From the IMG/VR virus record IMGVR_UViG_3300045971_000577, positions 1-64,000 of that record: 64,000 nt of DNA. The stretch is one strand, 5' to 3'. Position numbers and translations under genes: made by a program. Below, piece after piece: positions 52,370 through 63,981 of the stretch. Positions within the stretch are counted from its first letter, which is position 1. Each line of letters opens with the position of its first letter. Under the pieces are notes generated by a model. It was not told where the DNA came from, made no database searches, and worked only from the letters and a program-made list of their open reading frames with translations.

Positions 52370-53435
52370 ACAGGAAATTCTGTCTTTGCAGGCTTCAACT
52401 TCTTGAGATAATCTACGGCCAAGTACCGATGTTCACCGTTTACCGATACCTTGTATCCGTCGAAGTGCTGCCAGCGGTTGCGCTCAGTAAACTTCAATGG
52501 TTTCAGTGTACCGGTAATCTTGACTGAACACAGTTCCTGGGTTGCTGTATTCCAAAAGTATCCGGGATACTTCGTGGCAACAAACTCTTTAGGTAGGACA
52601 ACCATTACCAGCTCACCGTGGTAGAATCGCCATCGCGCTGGTCGGACGTGTGCTTGACTGTAAAACCGGCCGCTTCGAGTCGCCAGGTAATCAGCGCACG
52701 GTGCTTATATGGCATAGTGACATAGCAGGAATGCTCCCCGAACATCGCTGCCTTCTTAATAGTTTCCAGGCAGAGATTAGTTTCGGCGCGCACAACTTCG
52801 CCGTCCAGGGCATTCGCTTCTTCGGCCAGTTGTCTGGCCATGTTGGCGTTGAATTCCACCTCAGTACCACTCCTTCTTCACCGCGTACACCGCTGGCGCC
52901 TTACCAGTACCACGCGCCTTGGCTTCTTCTTCAACGTTCAGCGCCGCGTACTTTTCCTTCCACTCTTCGAAGAGCGTGTTTGCTTCCTTGATGTTGAAGA
53001 CTTCACGTTCTGCAACGGTGGTGCAACCTGTCAAAACTACAATGTGCCAAGATTTCATGTGTTTCCTTATTTCGCTTTGTGTGGGACGGTCATCGCGCGA
53101 TCGAAGTCCAGCGTCACGAACGCTTTGTCGATAAAATCGACTGCGTTGGACTCGGATTCAAACACTAGATTTCCGCGTCGGGGGAGATCTCGATACTGCG
53201 TCATCCAAGTGACTTGGATGAACCTGGGGCCATACACATTCACCGCGCCATCCACATTTCTCGGATAGCTGAACAACACAGTGTAGTGGTTGCCATGCTT
53301 CACAACATCACCACCGTACGGTGTGGTAAGATCGTTGTTGTTGATGAAATTTGCAATGCGTTGGGCTAGTTCCTGACGTGCGCTCATATCATCCCCTGTT
53401 GCTGTTATTGTAGCATGACCTACAGTGTAGGTCGA

Positions 53436-53912
53436 CTAATGCAAGGTGTCGGGCCCCTTGACAGCGGTGGCCGGAACCACCATATCGGGATGTTCCGTAA
53501 GTGCAACTTTCAGGCGACGGACGGTTTCGTCATCCGCCTCGTTGCCCGTCTCGTCAGGGATGCTGTCGAGGTCGGTATCGACTTCACCGCCAAATATTCC
53601 CGATTCCATTGCATCAATCATACGGGAAAGTCCTGCTTCAACCTCCCGTTGATTCCGCAGAATCATTCGAAGAGTGTTTCGTACGTGCGCCTCAGACATT
53701 TCCTGAATCAGGAGTGGAACACCAGCTTCGGTAATCCACACCTCATCGGGGTACTCCAGGCCGTCCATGGCAGTGTAGGATTTGTGTTCAATCCATTCTA
53801 CAATGTACATGCCATCCTTTTCAATGGCAGGCAGGATGAGCCATTTCTGCTCTTCAATGAGGCCAGCAACAAACACCAGGGCTTCTTCGGCAGAGTCAAA
53901 ATCTTTCTTCAT
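53436..53912 (-). CDS. Acidic hypothetical protein
   Basis: ORF with RBS. Confidence 0.7.
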   Translation of the reverse strand: MKKDFDSAEEALVFVAGLIEEQKWLILPAIEKDGMYIVEWIEHKSYTAMDGLEYPDEVWITEAGVPLLIQEMSEAHVRNTLRMILRNQREVEAGLSRMIDAMESGIFGGEVDTDLDSIPDETGNEADDETVRRLKVALTEHPDMVVPATAVKGPDTLH

Positions 53913-55102
53913 GTTGTCCTTATTCAGTCATTACCTTTACCAGACGTTTAGCGAGCTCCATACCCGTGCCGTATGCGTGTTTTTCAACTTCTGGTGCAAC
54001 TCGCTTCGAGTATTGCATCCAGGTAAACAGCGAAACCTTGCACTGTTCGGCCATCAGGTGCGGAAACCCGGACCACTGAAAGTTGGGTCCTCAATACTTC
54101 GGATTGTGGAACATCGCAAAGTTCCGTGCCACCACAGCGTGGCAGTAGAGCGCGATGCGGTCTTGGCGATGTGGGCTCATTTCAGTCCTTGTACTTCCTG
54201 CGATCGCGGATGTCATCCGCCCAGTCTGCAGCACGTTCAGCATTCATGTGTCCGCCGGCATCGTATAGGCCACTTTCGGTGATCTTGCCGCGGTCATCAT
54301 ACCATATCCGACCGGCTTCTTTTCGAGCATCGTCGGCCTCGTCGATCGCATCACCGAGCTCGTCGTATTCGGCAGTGCCTTCGAGCAGGATCGACCAACC
54401 GAGGTCGGCAGCCCATTTGGTGATCGCGGCCCAGGTGGGTTCGATTTCGTTAGCCTGTGCGGCCAACAGAACATCGAGGTCGCCCTGGAAGTTTTCGACA
54501 GTGGGTTCGGCGCCGTCGAACACCATAAACCGCTTCTCGTTCTCCACGGTTGGATCTTCGGCAAGCCAATCAGCCATTGCCTTTTGCCAGTCTTCCCGGC
54601 TTGCGTACATACTTTGGGTAGGGGTCATCAGTCTTCCAGTTTATATCCGAGCAGTTTCAGCATGGCATCGCACCACGCCTTGGATTCTTCATCAGTGGGG
54701 CCATCGCCTTTGTCACCGTAACACCAGTCGCAGTGCTCGGGCCAGTGATAGTCAACGTAAGGACCACCGTCTTCGTAAGTACCGTGATGTTCTCTGAGAT
54801 GTGCAGCACGGACACGAACCCGCGGAGTCGTTTCAATGAGTGCAACACGGTAACGGACGTCTTCCGGATCGCGTCCCACGATGTGGCGGAGAGAACAGTC
54901 ATCGTATGTAATCCAAGGTGTGATCTTGTGCATGCCTACATTTTAGTTGATCTGCAGAGTGTGTCAACAGGTGCCAGGGACCTACTTATATGTATGCGGC
55001 AGATTCGGCTGAGGTCGGTCCGTTTCACCAAGACCAGTGCAAGGGCAAAGTGTTGCTGCTGGGCAACAAAGACAATGTACAGGCTGGTGACGTTCATTCT
55101 GA

Positions 55103-55184
55103 TGCAAAAGTTGTAACTAGAAGTAACTCCTGCAAAAGTTGTAACTAGAAGTAACTCCTGCAAAAGTTGTAACGGAGTGTAATC
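55103..55184. repeat. 28-bp tandem repeat (2 exact + 1 degenerate)
   Basis: TGCAAAAGTTGTAACTAGAAGTAACTCC x2, then TGCAAAAGTTGTAAC. Confidence 0.9.
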
Positions 55185-55230
55185 CGGTCATCAATCTTCG
55201 AAAAGGTCGGCCTGACGCTCCCTGAATTCC

Positions 55231-55707
55231 TCAACCTTCTCGGCGGCCAAGGAGTTCGTTGTGGTGGTGGTTGCAAAGAGTTTTCACCCAACCTGTGTTG
55301 CGACGTTCGCCTGGGTGGCCGCAGATCTCGCAGGTTTTGTAGGACATCTGTTCCGCGAATGAGATGTAGTTACTTACATCGTCGCCGCCACGATTTACAT
55401 AGAAACGAAGTCCGCCAAACTTTTCCTTTATCTGCTGGATAACAGGAAGATCTTCAATGGCCGTAGCCAATGCTGCTTCGGCAGCAGGGATAGTCATAGC
55501 ATATTTGTTGCCTTCGTTTTCCAATGCGTATTTCAGTTCGTATCGTGCCTCTGCAACCCTTCGTGACATGACTCCGCACAAGGTGTCGACAATGTTGAAC
55601 CAACCTGCTCCAACACCGAAATATTGTTGGTCGGCCTTTTCCATAAGATCAGGCCATCTTTTAGCTAATCTTTCAAACAGCTCGTCGTCTTTATCTTCTG
55701 TAGGCAT
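55231..55707 (-). CDS. Phage hypothetical protein (QIKEKFGGLRFY, CxxC)
   Basis: G.GWF..V..L; IKEKFGGLRFY; CEICG..G..GWVKTLC. Confidence 0.8.
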   Translation of the reverse strand: MPTEDKDDELFERLAKRWPDLMEKADQQYFGVGAGWFNIVDTLCGVMSRRVAEARYELKYALENEGNKYAMTIPAAEAALATAIEDLPVIQQIKEKFGGLRFYVNRGGDDVSNYISFAEQMSYKTCEICGHPGERRNTGWVKTLCNHHHNELLGRREG

Positions 55708-55761
55708 GGCATTTGAATGTAGTTTGTAATAGTATAACAGATATGCGCGGATAGGTCTATG

Positions 55762-55863
55762 TGCAGGATTTTGGTGCAGGATTTTGGTGCAACTTTCCAA
55801 AAAATATTTCCAAATCTGGTTTAGAAATCTGAGATTGAAAAATGAGTTTTGAAATCTGGCCGC
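55762..55863. repeat. Second copy of the AT-rich element, with duplicated TGCAGGATTTTGG
   Basis: Aligns by eye to 31324-31396. Confidence 0.8.
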
Positions 55864-55868
55864 GGAGT

Positions 55869-56312
55869 TTAGATGTACTTGGGACAGAAAAGATGATAGA
55901 TGAGTGAATTTTTGTCGAATGCTGCTGCAGAGTCAATATCTCGAAACCTAGCTGCAACAGACTCTGTGGTTGCCAATGGCTTCGGTACATTGAAAAAATA
56001 ATCAGCATATGCAAGCGCCATCCCCGTATTGCAATCTACAACATAATTCTTCATCATACTTCTGGTTGAAATTTTCTTACCCTCTACTTCGACGAGAACA
56101 TCTATTGTAGAAACGAATAGTATTGATCCATTAACATAATCGCCGTTGTCTAGGCGAGTGATAGAATGATTGTTGCGATCGAAGAATATCGATACGGTAG
56201 GACTTTTCTTTGCGCCGATAACCGGTTGCCAGTCGCGCGGATTGATGGTATCTTCACCAGCATAAGAAGCAAGTGAAATAAGAAACACAAACAACAAAAG
56301 TAGTAGTTTCAT
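55869..56312 (-). CDS. Putative secreted protein
   Basis: N-terminal signal peptide; two Cys. Confidence 0.7.
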   Translation of the reverse strand: MKLLLLLFVFLISLASYAGEDTINPRDWQPVIGAKKSPTVSIFFDRNNHSITRLDNGDYVNGSILFVSTIDVLVEVEGKKISTRSMMKNYVVDCNTGMALAYADYFFNVPKPLATTESVAARFRDIDSAAAFDKNSLIYHLFCPKYI

Positions 56313-56322
56313 CTACTACTTA

Positions 56323-59032
56323 TCATCTATGCTGATCTGGACGTATCTTTACCGCCACGCCAGGTATGGCCAACGAAATATAGGTAGCCATTTCGTCGGG
56401 TATACATACCTTATACACACAGAATATAGGAGTCTGCTGACTTTTCCTTAAATGATGTGGAATCTGCGATAAATCACCCGTACTATTCATCATGTAATCA
56501 ACACCATTTGCGGTAAGGTATTCACTGACATCCCGTCTGTCGGTGTTCCACGCTTCGTAAATGGAATAATGCTTTAGTTTAGAAACCACAAAAACCTTCC
56601 CCTTACCGTATTGATAAAGTCGAACCATCTACGATTGCGAATGATTTGAACTTCTGGGATGGATAGTTTGATTGCCGACAAGTCCGACTCATCCAGAAGT
56701 ACAACATAGACGGCGACCAATGGTCGATTACCTATCATCGGATGTGCGGCTATTTCCTTGTCGATAGAGAAACCATACTCGGCTAGATCTTCTTGTCGAT
56801 CTGCACCTAACCTATATCCGATGTCCCGGGATTTGAAATATTCTTCCAGATCCCTATCGTCGGTGTGCAATGGTTGCACCAGTGTATGATATTGCTTCAT
56901 TTGGGCATCTTCGCTATGTATTCGATTTCACACGAGAGAGATACCAACGCTGCTTCGTCTTCCGAAAGTGCCACGATTATATTGGTCATTACACCGCATT
57001 TTATTCCATCCCCGGAAATAATGATATCTGTAATCGAAGGTCTTCCGAGATTTAACAATACCTGGCGCAGTCGCGCTTCATTTTCATGGCCTGCTGCTGC
57101 AACATGGTACGTTTGTCTCACGGAGTAGGCGGGGTCGGTGCTGCACCGGGCATTTGGCTGGGATCGACCAACACAGTCACCTTAATGGTGTTCGCATCCT
57201 TTAGGGCTTGTTCTTCAGCAAGCTCTTCTTCGGTGCGCTCACGGCGGATCTTCACATTCTTCATTCCGAGGCGGAAAGTAAGAGCTGCTTCTGGATCCAT
57301 TTCCATGATTGTTTCACGCGGACTGTGCTTGCCATCTTCCGGCTTGGTGAGGTGAATCTCTTCCAGCACAGTGAACTCGTCCGGATCCAGCCGCTCCACT
57401 ACACGGCGGAACTTGGCTTCTTCATCTTGATCAAACGTAAGTGTGTATTTCGTCATGAGCTTTCCTGTTGATGTTGCATTATAACTATGCTTGCTTGATT
57501 TGTCGACCAAGCGCCTTAGTAAAGTCAAGGAACCCTATGAACGGAAACTTTAGTCTTAGCATGATGACTTCTTCGGTAGATAATTTCGATGAGTACAACC
57601 ATGATGATTTACCCGTAACTATATCTCTCGATAGTAGTTCGAAATTGCATCCGATACCGGTTAGGTATTCGTCTAATTTTCCAGCTACCTCAGGGGTAAC
57701 CCGCATGTAATATTTATTGGCCATCTTTTGTGTTTACAGAAACAGATGGAACAGTCATTTTCAACATAACTAAATCCTCCGGTAGCATGTCGACTTGATA
57801 TACCTGGATATTCTTATCTCGAAAAATGTGTGTTGCTGTATAGCCTAGTTCTATAATCTTTTCCACAAGAGTAGAATCATTTTCTTCGGTGATGATGACC
57901 CAGGCTGTCGCTTTCACTCTATTCTCTCAATGCAAGAGCACGGTGCCGCGGTGAGAACGAATAATGTAGCAGTTTGCTCACACATGATTAGTTCATATTT
58001 ACACTTAGTTGTGAGATCTGCTTGCACATTCGCCAGGCTACGAACAACCACACGGTGTGCCTGTACAAAATTCCACATATCTTCTGCACCAGTAACGGTT
58101 GTTTCAACAAGATATTTTCGATCGATCATTTCTTGGCGTACCTCTCTTGAAACTGCAATGGATGGCGAAGCTTTACGCTCAGTGCAGATTCCTGAGAAAC
58201 AATTATGCCTATCTGAACACACGATTTTAGTTCGGCACCGACAAAATCCCATGTGTGTCTTACCGCCGGGTAGATCTTCTGATCACGTAGCCACTCAAGC
58301 TCTGCGTCTTTTTCTTCGGGCTTGACTTTGTAGATCAATTTTATCATGATTTAGTATATAGCTGGTCAGCAGATATCGCAAGCGGTTACTTGTATAAGTC
58401 TTTCTTCTTGTAATAATCTACGCTGACTTTCTTCAGTTTGTCGTAATAGTCTTTAAGAATTATTCCTTCTTTAAGACTATTGTTCGATTCATAATCGTGC
58501 CAAACATAATTCTTGTTATCTTCTTCTTTGATGTGACGTTCCTTCAAGAACTTCATCTTGTACTTGTACTGGTCGTTCTCCTTCTGTAGTTCTGCAGGAT
58601 GAATAGCGGGACGTTCGACAAGATGGCCGCCGAACTGCAACTTCAGCAGCATTGCAATATCTTCGGGCACAGTAACTGAAACGTGTGTTGCATTCGCGGT
58701 GTACGGATACCAGTCGTTTACCGCAGTCACTGCCACATCCGGCACTGCTTCGTAGATAGTAGCAAGCCATTTACCGTACGGTGCCGAGTAGAGGCTAGTG
58801 AACTTGAAGTCTTGTCTTATCTTATCCATACTTTATCCTGTCCGTATTTTAATCTTAATACCAACATTTCGTCTTCTTCAGCCGATATAACAAACAACCG
58901 GCTATACCCATTTCTTGTTGAATACGACTGTCGTATTTCAAACCTTCCAGTCTTTGCACGATCCACAATATCATCGGTGTCTTCTTTAGCAACAATGACG
59001 TGAAACTCAATCACTTTAATAGGGTGATGCAT
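56323..59032 (-). CDS. Cluster of about ten small E/D-x-x-x-x-L-K/R-L family proteins
   Basis: Overlapping ORFs with motifs such as SDLSAIKL, EAALTFRL, EEVIMLRL, ESALSVKL, DIAMLLKL, DEMLVLRL. Confidence 0.65.
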
Positions 59033-59072
59033 CTTCTCTTAGATACGCATACATAATAGATTAGGGCAGAAC

Positions 59073-59858
59073 TCATAGTGTTTTTACCAATTCAAGCATG
59101 TCAGGAATGCGAGTCTTTGAGTTTCTGCTGCCCAACAAAATTAGGATTCGTTTGCCCACAGATGTGTTTATCATCATTGCAAGACAGCCGCCTGCCGGAT
59201 TTGTAAATCCGGTCTTAGACAGAATTATGTCCATCTTAGATGTTAGTGGATTGGTATTGTTTACCTTGATTGTCTTGTTACCTACAGTAATTTCTGCATT
59301 TGGCATACTCGACAATTCATTAACAACAGGATGCATGTATGCGACCATTATCAGCTTCATCAAGTCATTCGCAGTGCTGACATTGTTTGCACTCAATCCG
59401 GTAGGTTCGTCGAAATGAGTATGTGACATACCAATCAAGGTAGCACGCTGATTCATTTCGTTTACACAATTAGGGAGGTTACCACACAATATCTGTGCAG
59501 CAAAATTATCCGATCGAACAAGTGCGAGTGTAAGCAACTCCTTGCGAGTAAGGTATTCCGTCTTTCGAGGAATAGTGCTTGTCACGGTACGAGTAGATGG
59601 GATTGATAACCGTTCGCTGAGATCTTGCTCGGATGCAAGTATACCAACCATTAGTTTACTGATTGATGCAATAGGACGAACGGTGTCGCTATCCTGTTCC
59701 TTTAGAATAATACCTTCTGTATCTGCAACAAGAAAGCTTTTGGCACTAAAGGTAGGGACGGGCTTTGCACGATTTCTACCGTGGCGAGCTTCAGCATGCC
59801 CTGTGAGGAGCATAACTGCTGCCAATACGATTAGTAGTTTTTTCATGTGATACCTCAA
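59073..59858 (-). CDS. S11 D-Ala-D-Ala carboxy/endopeptidase (PbpG-like)
   Basis: Signal peptide; IASISK (SxxK), SDN (SxN), SKTG. Confidence 0.9.
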   Translation of the reverse strand: MRYHMKKLLIVLAAVMLLTGHAEARHGRNRAKPVPTFSAKSFLVADTEGIILKEQDSDTVRPIASISKLMVGILASEQDLSERLSIPSTRTVTSTIPRKTEYLTRKELLTLALVRSDNFAAQILCGNLPNCVNEMNQRATLIGMSHTHFDEPTGLSANNVSTANDLMKLIMVAYMHPVVNELSSMPNAEITVGNKTIKVNNTNPLTSKMDIILSKTGFTNPAGGCLAMMINTSVGKRILILLGSRNSKTRIPDMLELVKTL

Positions 59859-60194
59859 AAGTAGTGTAACAGTAATCTAACACTATGTCAACGGTAAAAC
59901 ATGAATAGCGTTTCTTTCACATAGAATATTTCATCTTCTTTGAGATTCTTTGTTATCGCTGTATCCCACTGTAAGAATATATTTTGGGAAACAATACGAA
60001 ACATCAAATAAGTGTCTGCATCGAGTATATATTCGAGCGACCGTTGCCTCATGTAATATGGTGATGCTTCGGTGGGTGAGTGTATTACGGACCAGATTTT
60101 TCCAGGACAAGAGAATTCCTTAAGGATTCGTGATTCCTCTTTTGTGACTTGCGTTCTACTCTTTAGAAGAATGCTAATCTCATGCACATTCCAA

Positions 60195-60578
60195 TCATCC
60201 CGTTATAAGTCCTTGATCTGGTGCTTGCCACAATGGGCCTGCTGAAACTGGTCCGTATGTCTTTACTGGATATGCTATAGTGGAACCGTCGTCCAGTCTG
60301 AAGCTTAGATATCCTGCTCTATCTGTAATGTTTAGGTAGTTGTCGGTAACCTGTATCATAAAGGTACCTTCGCTGTCGCTGACCAGAATCATCTGTCTGG
60401 TGGCGAACTGCACGCTTGATGGATTTTTGGGATACCAGTGCACAGAAACTATATGCGATAGTCCTGCACCTGTGACACGGAAATAACTAGGTATTCCGCT
60501 GGTGATAAAGATACCGGCTACGCCAGTGTCGTTGTATGGAGAGAACGGTAATGCCTGTACCTTTGTTATTGTTGTCAT
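60195..60578 (-). CDS. Late beta-rich hypothetical protein (possible virion/Ig-like)
   Basis: TAAATA directly upstream; beta-strand pattern. Confidence 0.55.
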   Translation of the reverse strand: MTTITKVQALPFSPYNDTGVAGIFITSGIPSYFRVTGAGLSHIVSVHWYPKNPSSVQFATRQMILVSDSEGTFMIQVTDNYLNITDRAGYLSFRLDDGSTIAYPVKTYGPVSAGPLWQAPDQGLITG

Positions 60579-61868
60579 CCAGTATTTATCATTGCGGCAA
60601 CCAGATTTCCCCGCACGGATTCTGTATATTGCCGTACATTGACTCCCTCATACGATTACTGAGGTCTTGACTTGGATTTATTGTCCTACCGGCAACAATA
60701 CGATTGTATTGCCTGCCGCTAATTTCTACAGGCACAGCATCATAACGAAACTTGCACATGAGTTCAAAGTCATATTCAGCATGAAAGATAAACATTTTTT
60801 TAGTTTTATCGTCTATGCGGGTTATGGCATTCCATCCATTCCATTCGACAGGAATAATATGGTTAGCCCCGTTTGCGCGAAGCTCGTCCCGAGTCGCTTT
60901 GCAAAACCAATAGTAGTTCATTTTATGGTTTCGGCGGCGGCCATTATTGATTTACGGATTTGAGCAGTTCTTTCTTTGCTGAAGTAAACCACTTTGCACA
61001 GAGTAAGTAACTTGTATTCTTCTTCTGTGATAACCGCAGGACTAAATCCTTGCATCAACATACAGTAGGTCTGAAAATATTCGTCAGCCTCGAATATCCA
61101 CCCATTGCCCCACTGGTTTATTTTCATAACACCTGCGCCTGATAGATTCGAATTGACGCCGACGAGTAGTTCATAGTCCATACCTTCGATCTGGCGAACG
61201 AAGGTAGACTTGATATAATACTTCATTTTCTATACTTGTTTTTTAGTTCATCTGAAATATACGACACGCGCATATGTTCTGCAAGATATGGATCTTGGAG
61301 TTTGATAACAGACGCATACGCAGAGCTAATCTTACCGGAGATACGAATCCACGAGTTGGTGCGATATCCCTCGTCGTCAGTCTCGTGTTCTTCGTCAGCC
61401 TTCAGACGTACAAAGTCATCGTCCAAATCAGTCAGCTTTTGATTCCAGGTACCATATTCTGATCCCGGGAATAAAAACTCGATAAGGACATATTCCTTCA
61501 TGTGCTCACTGTTTCAATGTACGAGATTCGGATTAGTTCGCTGTCTACCTTTTGGCAGGATGGCGAAAAAGTCTTGTTGTTCACTGGTAAGGTTGTTATT
61601 CCTAGTCCTGTTATTACCTGCGCACAGCTCAATGGCTTGCTCAGATAAACATTCAAATAGATTGTGTGATTTACAAATTCGACATCAACGTCTTTTATTC
61701 CATCGACATTCATATCAAGTTTTGCAGGAGACATAAAGGAAACGGTTGGATCCCCCGTTGCTGCGAGATTGAGTACCGCCACAACAAGACCAATAGAAAG
61801 GAGTGTAGCAGCCACGCATACACCCAGCGAACTTTTCATATAGTAAACCTCGGAAGTTATGTACCTAT

Positions 61869-62414
61869 TTATATCTGCGTCTTGCAAACCGTGTTGAAAT
61901 CACCTAATCCCGAATGAATGCCTTTTGCATCGAATCCTACCACATATCGCGCTGTTCCATCGTCCCAGGAAAAGGAGATGCGCGTGGCAGACTTGAGTGA
62001 TTTCATCAATTGATCGTTGTCGTGAATTGCCCGATACAGGATGTTGTTTTCCTGAATCCAAACTTCTTGCTGCAACAGAACTTGCTTTCCGTCTGCTTGC
62101 ACCAATGGATATCTATTGCCAGTACCGTTCATGCCATTCCAGTAAAGCACCATCATTGGTAGCGCATCACTCTTGGTAGAACACACAATACGAAGTGAAG
62201 CGAATGCCTTCTCAGACTTCTCGGCTATACGAGTACCAGTTGCTGCTGTGTGGTAAATGTAGCCCACAGGGGTCTTATCCTTACCCGGAACTTCTGTAAG
62301 CGTCCACTGTGCTGACGCAGAAAAAGCGAAAAGGAGTAACACACTACTTAGAAGTTTCTTCATATTTGTTTTGATAATGTGTAACATTATACGATATAAC
62401 GATTGTAAAGTCAA
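61869..62414 (-). CDS. Putative secreted protein
   Basis: MKKLL..FSASAQW signal peptide. Confidence 0.7.
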   Translation of the reverse strand: MTLQSLYRIMLHIIKTNMKKLLSSVLLLFAFSASAQWTLTEVPGKDKTPVGYIYHTAATGTRIAEKSEKAFASLRIVCSTKSDALPMMVLYWNGMNGTGNRYPLVQADGKQVLLQQEVWIQENNILYRAIHDNDQLMKSLKSATRISFSWDDGTARYVVGFDAKGIHSGLGDFNTVCKTQI

Positions 62415-62455
62415 AAAAAATCGCGCCCGAAGACGCGATTGAATAGTAGACGATA

Positions 62456-62794
62456 TTAACAGTAATCACCCAGGATTTTTTCTACCTGCTCATTTATGTC
62501 TTTTTCTAGTCTATCTGTATTTATAAATATCTTAACGTCACGCATTTTCTTAAATGAATCTTCCATTACTTCCCAGTTAGATGATTTATTTACCGGGATA
62601 GGATGTGTCAGTTCATCGCCGCTGAGTTCGACTACATTACCATCATAATACTGCACCAGTATATGTTCTATGTATATTGCAGGAATTTCTTTCGCATCAA
62701 CTTCTTTAACTATTCTGTCAAAGACTGATGGACGTGCAATCCTATTGATAGCCTTGTCAAGGTTGAAACTCGTAATTGACTTTTTACCAGCCAT
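62456..62794 (-). CDS. Late hypothetical protein
   Basis: TAAATA promoter and RBS upstream. Confidence 0.75.
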   Translation of the reverse strand: MAGKKSITSFNLDKAINRIARPSVFDRIVKEVDAKEIPAIYIEHILVQYYDGNVVELSGDELTHPIPVNKSSNWEVMEDSFKKMRDVKIFINTDRLEKDINEQVEKILGDYC

Positions 62795-62873
62795 TATGTC
62801 ACCTCCCGGTTATCTACTATTTAGTAGAAATATGTCTGGATAAACCAGACATATTACGGGAATGGCTTCAGTT

Positions 62874-63659
62874 TTACTTCGCTGCTCTTGCTGCATCGCG
62901 TTTCAGCTTTGCTGCCACCTTAGCATCAAGGTCCGACTCTTTCTTCTCGACTTTTGCTTCAGCTGCCTTACGCTGATCACGCTCTCTGCGTTTTGTCTTG
63001 CGTTCTTCTAGCTTTTCCGCCTTTAGTTCCTCTGGATCTGCTGGTCGGCCACGCCCAGGCTTTAGCTCAGGGACAAGGGCGTATGCTTCTTCTCTTTTTG
63101 CGTCAGCTTGCGCTTCTAGGGCGTCTGCTTGGCTGATAAGAACCTTTGCCTGTGCTACTGAATCCATTACCAGAGGTGTCTTGCCCATCATCTTAGCAGC
63201 TAACTCTTCTGCCGCTGCCTGCTTTTCAGCTGGTGTACGAGTGTCTACTGGTGCTGCAGGAGTTGTTTCACCCTTCTGCTTCGCAATATACTCATCTACT
63301 TTCTTATCAATAGTTGCATTAATAAGTGCTAACGGTACCGGCTGATTTGGCAGAGGGAACATGGTCACGTTGGACACAGGTTCCTTACGTAGGTGCCCTC
63401 GTTGATGGAGTGCTGTCAGGCAGTTCAATCCGTCGGGAAATGTTCTGCGATTCAGTACTTCATAAAAGTCATTTGTTTCAAATGCTTCTCTGCTGTTCAG
63501 CGCCTGAATAACATAATCGTGATAACTGTCGGGTAGACGTTCAGTCTCGACAATCAAACAACTATTTTCGTCGTTAGGAAGTTTACGGAATACCACGGCC
63601 ACACGAACTCCAGTATTAGAAAGTGTGCCGGCGTGTTTTTTTAGGTTGTCAACAGCCAT
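62874..63659 (-). CDS. Phage hypothetical protein with basic tail (GRGRP)
   Basis: Long ORF with strong RBS. Confidence 0.8.
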   Translation of the reverse strand: MAVDNLKKHAGTLSNTGVRVAVVFRKLPNDENSCLIVETERLPDSYHDYVIQALNSREAFETNDFYEVLNRRTFPDGLNCLTALHQRGHLRKEPVSNVTMFPLPNQPVPLALINATIDKKVDEYIAKQKGETTPAAPVDTRTPAEKQAAAEELAAKMMGKTPLVMDSVAQAKVLISQADALEAQADAKREEAYALVPELKPGRGRPADPEELKAEKLEERKTKRRERDQRKAAEAKVEKKESDLDAKVAAKLKRDAARAAK

Positions 63660-63690
63660 ATTGTCTCCTTTGGGGCCGCAGCCCCATCAA

Positions 63691-63981
63691 TTACTCAGCG
63701 GTTGCAGGTGCTACTGCTTCGGTTGTTTCGTCTTTCTTTTGAACCGATTCCACATAGGCTAAGAAACCTGCCAACTTGTTGAACGAGTCACCGACTTGAG
63801 AAAGTTCAGCTGCTTGGAAAGCGCCGCGGCGTGATGCCAAGTCAACGATACGAGCCAACAGTTGGAGGTCAGCGATCGTCAACTGAACTGGTTCCAAGCT
63901 GGTTGTTGTTTGTGCTTCGGCTTCTGTGGCTGCCGATACTGTTTCTACTGCAGGTGCTGCGCTCTTCTTTGCTTTTGCCAT
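63691..63981 (-). CDS. Phage hypothetical protein (LTIADL..ASRRGAF)
   Basis: ORF with RBS; hairpin downstream. Confidence 0.8.
   Translation of the reverse strand: MAKAKKSAAPAVETVSAATEAEAQTTTSLEPVQLTIADLQLLARIVDLASRRGAFQAAELSQVGDSFNKLAGFLAYVESVQKKDETTEAVAPATAE

Noticed and set aside
55757-56014. ORF MHMLIIF.. and the N-terminal extension of 55231-55800
   Set aside because: Translation of the AT-rich repeat element; no RBS. The real start is MPTED at 55707.
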